A stretch of DNA of 63,965 bases, filler included, from Reticulomyxa filosa (taxonomy: Eukaryota > Protista > Foraminifera): assembly GCA_000512085.1 (NCBI GenBank). It is 17 parts of 17 records of this genome, joined end to end, with 100 filler letters (N's around TTAATTAATTAA, not from the genome) between each part and the next. Parts side by side here need not be neighbours in the genome. Positions count along the whole stretch, not along the records: positions 24,865 to 26,005 come from ASPP01007184.1; positions 26,106 to 27,169 come from ASPP01045948.1; positions 27,270 to 31,871 come from ASPP01023179.1; positions 31,972 to 44,392 come from ASPP01006138.1; 13 more parts are not named here. One strand, 5' to 3'. A program made the translations under genes and the position numbers. Below, in pieces: positions 24,990-35,200 of this stretch. The notes beneath the pieces were generated by a model. The model did not search any database, was not told the origin of the DNA, and saw only the letters and a list, made by a program, of their open reading frames with translations. The stretch's first letter is position 1. Each line of letters starts with the position of its first letter.

Positions 24990-25915
24990 AAAGACCCAGA
25001 TTTAGTTTTACAACAACGAGGTAGCTCGATAATACTGAAATCTCGCAATCGAGTCTCGCATCAAATCCAAGACTTCATTTTCAACGCGGTGTAAATCAGC
25101 AAGCAGCTTTGACCAGAACTCATCAGTTAGTACAGTAGGCATTTCGATCGAAGAGTCTTCGGTTTTTTTGTGTTCTGTTCTTGGGCTTGGTTTGTATTCT
25201 CAGCTTGAAAGGATGCACTAGCATATTTTTCTGAAGAAGCACTGGCATTTTTTTCCTGGAATGTCCTACAAGAAGCATAATGACTTATCATGTTCAAGCG
25301 TAGTCTCCCAGAAATGTTAATCATCAAAGGGGCACCATTGTTATCCAGATATTTTTCATACAATGCAAGAAATACAGGAACAATAAATTGCCAGCTTGGA
25401 TGTGTGGATCGTAGCAATGGAGATACCTGCATCCCACTTTCAAGCTGCATGGAGAGATCCAGCGCTGATCCTCCTCCACTTCCATTTTGGGGCACTAAGG
25501 CCGCTACATTGTCCGGGGACGGAGGGTCGCATGGCAAAGGAGGATTTGGAGGGCTTTGTCGATATTTACTTGGCTCGTGAACACGTTCTATCCCGCCCTT
25601 CGGTCCAGAAAAGCGATGCGATTTACTGCCTACCAAAGACAACCTTCCTTGTGGTTCTTTTAGAGACACTGAATGCGAAAAAGTTTTTCGATGATGATGC
25701 AAGTGCTTGCGCAATTGAGAACGCACTTGCTCGAGCTGTTCTGAACATGGGATATCTGCCCGGTTCGGTAGTTTGATGTGGTTGTGTGAGATCTTGACTT
25801 CCGACGTTGCTGTCAATAGTATTATGTGACTGTCATCTTTCATCAAATAATCAAACTCCACCAGCAACTCTTGGAGTTGATTCAGCTCGGTGATCACCAA
25901 CAAATTTTCTAACAA
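24990..25915 (-). CDS. RGS-domain-containing protein fragment with a long insertion
   Basis: ENLLVITELNQLQ and LYEKYLDNNGAPLMINISGRLR resemble the RGS motifs EN(L/I)xFxxE and IYxxYIxxxAPxEINI, separated by about 150 aa of low-complexity sequence. Confidence 0.6.
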
Positions 25916-26105
25916 ACACGAAAAGAAGCAAGGAGGGAGGGAAGAGAAAAGACATTGAAGAATGAGGGTACGACCAATTAAAAAACATCCTTTTTTTTTT
26001 TTTTTNNNNNNNNNNNNNNNNNNNNNNNNNNNNNNNNNNNNNNNNNNNNTTAATTAATTAANNNNNNNNNNNNNNNNNNNNNNNNNNNNNNNNNNNNNNN
26101 NNNNN

Positions 26106-26430
26106 ATAGCTTCGTGAAGACCTTGACAGTCAAAACAATTACCTTAGACTTTGAACACAATGAGATCCAAGACAAGGAAAGCATTCACCATAGTAATCTT
26201 TGCTGGAAAGCAATTGAAAGATGGAAGGGCCTTAAGTGATTTAAATGTAAGTAGTTATTTTTATTTTCCGAAAATTCGCAATCTTTTATTTATTTGTTTG
26301 TTTGGAATATAATTATAATTATAAATATACGTATACAGTTTTGTGAAAACATTACTGGAAAAACAATCAAGTTGGATGTCGGACCAGTCACACAATCAAT
26401 GACAATAAAGGCATTCATCCAGAATAACAA
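26106..26430 (+). pseudogene. Degraded tandem ubiquitin(-like) domains
   Basis: FVKTLTVKTITLD, EIQDKESI, IFAGKQLKDGRALSD; a second unit FVKT..TGKTIKLDVGP after an intron-like segment. Internal deletions and frameshifts. Confidence 0.8.
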
Positions 26431-27269
26431 GATGCAAATAAGCAGGAATATGGGCATTGCAAAGAGTAGATCTGATAAAAGCTCTTCGCAATGTTCAGAA
26501 GTTATGCGCTAATGCATAAGCAAAAATTTAAAGAACACCGTAATAGCAGCAGTAACATCAACAATAACGGCGATAAAATGCACTTGCCGTCAACGAGTAC
26601 CACAATATCAATCAAAAAAGAATAATTTCTGTCCAAGTTATTGCAGCATCGAAGCAAGTCTATCAAGACAATTACCACTGCCAGCGATGACAAGAAAAAG
26701 AGCGAAGATGATAGTCGAAAGATGGAAGTGAAGACTATTGATATTGATAGCGAGCAGTCTGAATTGGAGTTTGGTAAAATCGAAATAAATATAATATATA
26801 CATAAATATTTATTTATTTGTTTATTTATATGTAAATACATATTGAAGCGCTGTGTGAGAAATTAGAACAAGAAATCCAACACGAAAACAAGTACGAAGA
26901 AATAGAACGCAAGTCCTTCAGCGAAAACACAATTCTGAACTTTAGCTGTAATGAAGACGATTCTAAGCGTACATTATGATTCAATCGTTGCTGTCGGTGT
27001 TAAGCAAAGATCAAAGCAACCACAACACCAGCAGTCTGCAGAGCTCGCATCTGTACAACGACTGTCTGTTGATAATAATGCAAATCTTCCAGCTAATGGG
27101 AACCAAATCACTCAATTACTTGCCATTTGTGAGTCCGCCGATATTGAACATTGTCAAGCTATTGGACGGNNNNNNNNNNNNNNNNNNNNNNNNNNNNNNN
27201 NNNNNNNNNNNNNTTAATTAATTAANNNNNNNNNNNNNNNNNNNNNNNNNNNNNNNNNNNNNNNNNNNN

Positions 27270-27306
<37 letters not shown>

Positions 27307-27385
27307 TTTGTTTGAATTTGATTTGTAGAAAAACTAATTCACATAAATTATACGTATACAATATTTATATACGTATACGTATACT

Positions 27386-28066
27386 ATGTATGTGTACAAC
27401 AGCTTGCCTGATGTGGTTGCACAAAAGTGCAAGAATTTCAACGAGTACAATACTGAAATGGTGAAAATGGCTAAAGACGCTTTGAGTCATAGCAGATATT
27501 TTGAAGGGGATACAAAGTGGTTTGATGATAGCGATTTGCTCGATGTGAAACCTCCATTTCGATTTGAGGAGATGAACAATGTCGTGCTGCTGCAACAGGT
27601 TCGGGTCAATGTGATCTTTGATGTGGCGCACAATCCTGATGGATGCACTGCGCTATGTAATGCGATTCATAACAAGTATCCTCGACAACAATCCAATGTC
27701 GTCGTCGTGGCGGCGTTTAAGAAAGTCAAGGATGTTCGTGGGTGCTTGGATGTCTTGATGCAACATTGTCATGCTCTGCATTTTGTACAACCAATGGGTC
27801 AGCTTGATATGTGCTCCATTGAATATGCCAAAGGGGTGGTCGCTGAAATCAAGTCCCATCCTAGCAATATTGACAACGACTCGATCCTTCGCACAAGAGT
27901 CGATTTCAGTCAATGGACCAATCAACATGACCTAATAAAAATTCTTTCCTTTGAAGCACAACAACTTCGAGCTATTCCAGACAAAACACATGTATTGGTC
28001 ATTTGTGGTACTTTCGGTTTGATGAAACCTTGTCTGGATGCTTTGCTTTTTTTACAACAAAAGTAG
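27386..28066 (+). CDS. folC: Folylpolyglutamate synthase/dihydrofolate synthase C-terminal domain (last exon, 5'-truncated)
   Basis: PPFRFE..VIFDVAHNPDG, KKVKDV and VLVICGTF correspond to the Mur-ligase C-terminal motifs of FolC (pGRxE, lDxAHNpxg, lvxGS). Confidence 0.75.
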   Translation: MYVYNSLPDVVAQKCKNFNEYNTEMVKMAKDALSHSRYFEGDTKWFDDSDLLDVKPPFRFEEMNNVVLLQQVRVNVIFDVAHNPDGCTALCNAIHNKYPRQQSNVVVVAAFKKVKDVRGCLDVLMQHCHALHFVQPMGQLDMCSIEYAKGVVAEIKSHPSNIDNDSILRTRVDFSQWTNQHDLIKILSFEAQQLRAIPDKTHVLVICGTFGLMKPCLDALLFLQQK

Positions 28067-28529
28067 ATGCGTTAATTTTAAAAATTATTTGAATTTTTAA
28101 TTCTATCATCGTGGTTAGTAGTCAAATACAAATCCAATTCGTTCTTTTTTTTTGTGTTTTGGCTACCTAATACAAATTTTGAAGATGGCAATTAGTAAAT
28201 AATGACGCAACCTTGATAACGAATTTTTATTCTGTTTTACATGGACCAGAAAATCTCATATTTAATGTTGCAAGCTCTTATCTTTTTAAAGTTTTTAAAT
28301 TAGCAACCTTTTTTATTTCGTTTGCGCATTTATTAAACACTGTCCTTATGATATTCCATTTTCCAGCACCAATTCAACTGTTACTTTGTTTTAGTATCAA
28401 CAATCCAAGGCTATTTAACTTTAAAAAAGAAAGAATTTGACATGGTCTTTGACATATTACAAATTACAAGATGAAGACAAACTACCAACACAAAACAAAT
28501 TTTTCAACACATGTCAGATTAAAAAAAGA

Positions 28530-29483
28530 TCACAAGGTTTTTCTGGCAACAAAAACCATGTCATATGAAGTAGTGTCTTGTGTTTCAACACAATACCATT
28601 CACCATTTTTACTCCTTCGAATTTCTTGTCGAACATCATTCAACATTTGCTTAAATGGATATCCACTTTTATATTTGGACATTACAACACTTTTCATGCA
28701 ATTACTCAACAATGAAAAATCACCAATTTGATGTCCTTGTGTAGTTGACCAAATCATCAAAAATCCATCATCATTATGTCCAAGTGACTGCATATCTTCC
28801 TTTTTTCCTCTCATCGTTGTTGTCATATGAGCAGTTGGAGTGTTTTTACCACGACACATATCAATAATAAATATTTTTGGAAAATCTTTAAAAGATTCCA
28901 TTTTATCACAATTAAATGATTCACGTATTTCATCAATTGATAAAGATTTTCCATCACTTGTCACCAACATATTTCCATTCTCTCCATGTCCACAAATAAT
29001 CATTATCAATCCATCATATTTGTGAGTATTGTTATGAAGTTCATAATTTGAAATTAATCTGGCCAGAAATGATTGAATATCTTTTTTTGTCATTTGTTGA
29101 GGTTGATTGCACACAAATTCATAATTCAATTCTTGTTCAAATAATTTTTTGAAATTCTTGACATCTTTTTTTTTCACATTTGGAATATTAGGCCATTTTG
29201 TGTTATCAACATATTTACTAATTCCAATCATTGCAACCAATGCATTTTTTATTATCTTGTGTTTTTCACTTATTATTGGTTGTTGTAAGGATTTCCAACG
29301 TATTTTAAATGAAGGCTCTTTCATCATAAAAACTTGTTTAACTGCGTCATCGGAATCAATAATATTGTTCTTCATATCGGCTAATTCGAATGTCAAATTT
29401 AAACAAGAATAACTCTGACGAATCAACTCTTCCAATGTTAGATCTTTCATCTTTATCAATTTCTTCATTTCATTCACTATCAC
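28530..29483 (-). CDS. Caspase-like (peptidase C14, paracaspase-like) domain; last exon of the TPR-protease locus
   Basis: NALVAMIGISKY (first strand), MIICGHGENG (catalytic His, codon 28986-28988), PKIFIIDMCRG (catalytic Cys, codon 28854-28856), DGFLMIWSTTQG (p10-like strand). Confidence 0.88.
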   Translation of the reverse strand: MIVNEMKKLIKMKDLTLEELIRQSYSCLNLTFELADMKNNIIDSDDAVKQVFMMKEPSFKIRWKSLQQPIISEKHKIIKNALVAMIGISKYVDNTKWPNIPNVKKKDVKNFKKLFEQELNYEFVCNQPQQMTKKDIQSFLARLISNYELHNNTHKYDGLIMIICGHGENGNMLVTSDGKSLSIDEIRESFNCDKMESFKDFPKIFIIDMCRGKNTPTAHMTTTMRGKKEDMQSLGHNDDGFLMIWSTTQGHQIGDFSLLSNCMKSVVMSKYKSGYPFKQMLNDVRQEIRRSKNGEWYCVETQDTTSYDMVFVARKTL

Positions 29484-29614
29484 ATATGCTTGTTGCTTGT
29501 TATATGTTTTTATTATTGTTTAATTTTTTTATAAGTGCAAAAGTTAAACAAATGTACAATAATTAAAAAACAAACTTCATTTTCTTTTTTTTCTTGCATG
29601 TGGTCTTGATTATT

Positions 29615-30926
29615 CTATTTCAATACACACATATTGTTTTGTTTGACAATTAAATGAAAAAAACAAAAATTAATAAAAAAAAGCAAAACATCATTGATTG
29701 AATGATAATCAATATATGATTCAATAGCACCACGAAGTACAGAAATATCTTCATTCTTCAAATCATGTTTCCATTTATTTTGATTCAATAACCATGTTCT
29801 AAAATCATTTCGTGTTAATCGTTCATATTTTTCAATAATTTCAGCTTTATCATTTTGATTTCTTTCTTCCCACCATTCTACTACTTTGCTATTATGCGAA
29901 ATTCCCGAGTTGTAGTGTAAAGCGGCAAACCGAATGTAAGAATTATCTAATTCTTTTGGAAAAAAAAGTTGGAAGCCTTTTTGGAGATATTCAATTGGTT
30001 TGTCGATTTTTTTTTTTTTTTTATTGGTGTGAGCGATTCCCAATTTTTTGTATAAATTATTAACATCAATGTGATTTGATCCCAATTTATCTAACTTTAT
30101 TTGTAACGCTTTTTCATAATATTCGATTGATTTATCATATTGTGCTTTCTCATAATAAACTTTTCCCAATCTGTTGTAAGAATCAGCAATACTAATGTGA
30201 TTATTACCTAATTTTTCTAACCGAATTTGTAACGCCTTTTGGTGATACTCAAGTGCCTTGTCGTATTCTCCTTTCTTGCAATGAGCAATTCCCAATTCAT
30301 TGTATGAATTACCAATATCAATGTGATCTGGTCCCAATTTATCTAATCTTATTTTTAATGCTTTTTCATGATATTCAACTGCTTTGTCATATTCTCCTTT
30401 ATTATTATAAGTAATTCCTAAATTATTGTATAAAGCAGCAAGCTTTGATATGATCATTGCCTAATCTTTTTGACCAAATAATTAACGCTTTTTGATAAAA
30501 TTGAAGTGCTTTGTCGTATTCTTCTTTATTGCTGTGAACAATTCCCAATTGATTATATGACCAACCAACATCGATGTGATATGATCCCAATTTATCTAAT
30601 CTTATTTTTAATGCTTTTTCATAGTTTTCAATTGACTTGTCGTACTCTCCTTTGCTTTTATGTGCATTTCCCAAATTATGGTATAAAGTGGCAACGCCAA
30701 TGTCATCCGGTACCAATTTACCTAATCTTATTTTTAATGCTTTTTCATGATATTCAATTGCTTTGTCATATTCTCCTTTATTATTATAAGTAATTCCTAA
30801 ATTATTGCAGGAAACAGCAACTTTGATATGATCATTGCCTAATTTTTCTGATCGAATATCCAGCGCTTTTTTATAACATTCAAGTGCTTTGTCGTATTCT
30901 TCTTTTTTGTAGTGGGCAATTCCCAA
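29615..30926 (-). CDS. Tandem 42-aa TPR array plus small helical domain; one +1 frameshift at about 30442
   Basis: About 8 units of LGxxxxxKGEYDKAxEYYEKALxIRLxKLGxxHxxxAxSYNx spread over ORFs 30423-30926 and 29615-30457, upstream of the caspase exon on the same strand. Confidence 0.88.
29950..30926. repeat. 126-bp tandem repeat encoding TPR units
   Basis: 30343-30465 and 30722-30843 are nearly identical at an offset of 379 bp (3 x 126 + 1). Confidence 0.9.
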
Positions 30927-31836
30927 AAAATCGTATAACTCACCATCATCAACGTCTATGATTTTCTATCGAAAATTTTGGTTCAGTTCTGTTACTGAGG
31001 GGCACTTCCGGGAATGTTACTTCCAGTGGTAAAGGGGATGGTTCAGGGGATAGTTCTTTAAGGTAAGCAGTAACTTGAAAAGACATGTTTGTCTAAAGCC
31101 AAACAATTGATGTATTTAAAAAACTCCAAAATTTCTTCCTTTGATTTCTCCCTTTTTTGTTTTTGTTTCTTTGTCCACGAATTTGTAGACATATCCAAAT
31201 TGAATGTAAATTAAATGCGTCTGTTCAGATGATAATACCTCTTTGAAAAAATATTACCATACCATCATGGTGAACTTTTAAAACGTTGTAAATTGTTTTT
31301 TTTTTTGAGCTAGTTTCAATGTCAATTCTTGCAACTTTTGCCCCTTTCAGTTGTAATTTACATTGAAGAAAGAAAGTGTTTTGAAGTTGAAGCAAAAATG
31401 AGAGACGTGGAAACTATCAAAGAGGATCGATAAACAAAAAAAAGAAAATGTGTTCGTGTTGAGGTATTGTGACGTTGCAAAATACATTATATTTTTATCA
31501 AGCATCAATCTGTGTCCGATATCTTGGACCATAGATTGGAAGAAAGTTGAAGTATAAAACCTCTGCACTCTGTTTATTTGAGTTGCAGTAAGTAGGATTT
31601 TTTGGGGGGAGGAGGGAGGAGGGAAGAAGAAAGGGGCATAACGGAGGGGGGGGCCTTCATTCGAGTTCGACTCAAAGGTTTGGCGACACAATGTTGGCCA
31701 TTCTTTGTTTTTTTTCGTCGCCATCTCCCATGAACTATAAAACAAACAAACAAACAAACAATTAAAACGTTGGAATATAACGTTACAATATTTTTCCAGA
31801 AAATGCAAGGTCCATTTGAAAAATAAGGACATACAT

Positions 31837-31871
<35 letters not shown>

Positions 31872-31971
31872 NNNNNNNNNNNNNNNNNNNNNNNNNNNNN
31901 NNNNNNNNNNNNNNNTTAATTAATTAANNNNNNNNNNNNNNNNNNNNNNNNNNNNNNNNNNNNNNNNNNNN

Positions 31972-32215
31972 AACCACAATCACAGCCGCAGCCACAACCA
32001 GAACCACAACCACAACCACAATCACAGTCACAATTACAAGCACAGCCACAGCCGCAGCCACAATTACAAGCACAATCAGAGCCACAACCAGAACCACAAC
32101 CACAATCACAACCGCAACCACAGCCACAGCCACAGCCACAGCCACAACCACAACTGGAACCACAGTCACAAGCACAGCCGCAACCACAAGAAACACAGCC
32201 ACAACCACAATCACT
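31972..32215. repeat. CCACAA/CCACAG hexamer repeat encoding (PQ)n
   Basis: Directly visible at the contig start; in frame with ORF 32238-32561. Confidence 0.85.
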
Positions 32216-35200
32216 TCCAACAACAGTAAGCACAACAGTGATAAGTGAAGTAACAAATGATAACAAGCAAGAACAAAAAAAAGAAGAATCAATAACAATA
32301 ACAACAACAACAACCACCACCGTGGATACAACCAAGTGCCCAAAAAAAAGTGCACAAGAAATGGAAATTGAACAAATGGAAAAACTGATCGAGGAATGGG
32401 ACTCGTATCCCGCTGATCCCACCGAACAATTAAAATATCTGTTTTCTCGAATCGTTAATATCCCTTATCACCCAAAATCCGCTTACAACCAACGCCATTC
32501 AGGTAATACTTTCCTTTTTGGGTCTATTCACACAATAAGAAACACAACCAAACCTTCTTGAACTCTTCCCCTATCCTCTCTCCCTTACGTAGAAGAATCG
32601 CAAAACGAAGACCAAGAGCAAGACCAGGACCAAGATCAGGATCAAGATCAAGAACAACCCGAAGAAAACGAAGAAGATTTATTGAATCAAACGTATATGA
32701 AGCCCACGCATATGGTCACATTACTATTGCAAACCAAAGTGGAATTGTTATTGAAAATATTTCGCAATCGCTTGCGAACGCATTTGGTGCTTAAGACTAT
32801 CCCGGACGGAATGTGGCAAGGATGGTTGTCACAACCAATTCCATTGACTGCAGTAACAGCAGCCTTGACCAAGCACATATCTGACTTGGAAGCGGCATCC
32901 AACATAGAGTTGCAAAGCAAAGCAACAACGTCGGAAGTCTCATTCGCGTGGTTGGACGACAATGCACCACTTAGCATTGACGTGGACGCATTGTGTGGGG
33001 ACAGCACAAAAAAACATGAAATCAATTGTGAAATAAGATTTTCTCAGCGTTATATGAATGGAAATGGACGCGACACGGTGGGAAGTTTTAGCATTCGCGG
33101 TGGATTCCGTCGCGACAAAGCCCAAACGAGCACACATCCATTGGCAACATTCTCCGCTTTGATACGCAAATCGCAAGACAATCATCGCTCATGGGTTGTC
33201 TCTGGTGACACTGGAAGCAAATATTTGGAAGACATTGGCAAAGATTTGGAAGATGGGGAATCCAAGTTGTTGGAATTTGAATTTGACCAAGGATATCACG
33301 GCAAACACACGATGAAATATATCGGAATGGTTTCCGGCACTGGCTCATTGGTTGGCTGTTATCACAACACGGCAACCAACAGTGGTGGCTTTTTCAAGTT
33401 GGCACCATTGGCCATTTTGCAAACCAAATACCAAGATTTGCAAGGACATGGACCTCGCTTGATTAATCCTCATGTCAATTCCTATGCCTATGTCTTGGAA
33501 TTGTCTCAGCCTACCTTCCTTCAAATGCGCGAAACGATTACCTATTTTTTGACGCTTTTAAAGACAAGTACGGTGTTGGAAGACCTGGCAAGGGCCAATT
33601 ATGGACTGCAAATTACATTGGCGATGTTGAAGTGCCATTTGCAGGCATTCAAAGTCATGGCCCAGAAACAGAGTCTATGGCCACAAGACAAAGAAGTGCT
33701 AAAGTGTGCTGATATGAGTGTCGAAGAAATGACCAAATGGGTTGAACAAGATGTTGAAAGAATTGAAATGCAAAAGGAGATTTTGGAAAAAGAAAAACAG
33801 CAACAGCAACAACAGCAGGATATCAATGACACGTCCAAAGTAGCCGCGGCAAAAAAAGACAAGGAAATCGAAGTTCCATCCTTTCCAGAAACAGAACAAA
33901 TTCGAACGTTACTGTTAGATATCATTTTATTCGATTCCTCACAACTGACGGCGTTAAAGGATATCCTTCGTTCTAAAGACCGGCCATTAGATCCTGTTCC
34001 TCAAGCCAATGACAAGGACTCATCCAAGAATTCTGTTGATCCAGCCACACATGTGATAGTGAATCCAGCAGTCTCAGAGCAACAAGGCCCTGCTGATAAG
34101 GAAGCAAATAGCACGAAAGAAACAGAATCCAAAGCAGAGGATCAGAATTCCAATTGGACACACTCGTATGGGTCCATCGAACTGTCTGTCGGAGAGACAC
34201 TGGAAGAGATTCATGGACTAAGCCAAATTCGCGAACAAGCAGTGGAGACGCTAATAACTGCGTTTGATTTAATCTATCCTGCTGCCGAAAGCAAACTAAA
34301 ATTTTTGTCGGAGCTGGTCACGGCTGTTGGTAAACTGTTGGAACCGAAAGCACTAGAAAATTCTGTCAATGAACAGAAAACGAATAGCACGAGTGAACTA
34401 GAAGCACAGAAAGAAAAATCTCAAAAAGAAATGAATCAACAATTGCTGCTGGGCTTGCTTAGCCATTTTTCGACGAAAGAAGATTTGTCAGAACTGCTTT
34501 TACCGCGAGAGACATGGAAAAAGCAAGGCAATGCCGTAGCGGGATCACAGCCAATCTCGCCGATTAATGACAATCATTTGGCCTCCACGTTGTCCACGCA
34601 AGATACACACGAACGCGAATGGAAAGAGGAAAAAGAATCGAAGACCGATCCAATATCTTCCGACTTGAAGCACACGCCATTGCAAGTTCGCGGACACTCG
34701 GAGTATTATTTCACCGCGGTGCTCCAACAACTCGTCGACTATTGTGTTAATTGCTATGTGAGTTCGATGGAAAATACAACTCCAGAAACATTGAATCCGA
34801 TCGAACAAAGCGCGTTGCAATTGTTGGCAGGACTGCAAAAAGATTTGATTTTAAAAGCACGGCTTTTGTTTTCAATGCAAATACAGCCTTGTCCAATGAT
34901 CCGGCCAAGAAAAGTCAAGAAGACGTTCAGCAAAGCCACTTTGTGCGATTGTTGCGTTATGCCTCGATTTTGTTAGCCGCGTGCACGCGCGTGGTGAAAA
35001 GGCAAATGGAACAGTTCAAGGCCAAAGTTTCCACGACGAAAGAACCCACTGAAGTTGAGGAGAAGCAACAAGTAACTACTCAAGACAATCGTGAGAAGAA
35101 AGGAGACGAAAAAGAAGAGAAAGAAGAAAAAGGAGAAAAAGCAGAGCAGTCCAACACTCTGAAACCTGCAAAAAGTAAATCGACCAAAGAAAAAGACAAT

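Noticed and set aside
29950-30926. Repeat array beside a caspase-like gene suggesting a CRISPR/Craspase locus
   Set aside because: The repeats are 126-bp coding TPR units with no repeat-spacer structure; no cas genes; eukaryotic context.
31347-31832. 161-aa minus-strand ORF upstream of the TPR array
   Set aside because: Composition is intron/UTR-like (Phe-rich, homopolymers); I could not link it to the TPR gene.
31916-32422. Cys/Gly-rich minus-strand ORF resembling a metallothionein or keratin-associated protein
   Set aside because: Antisense reading of the (PQ)n hexamer repeat of the plus-strand gene.
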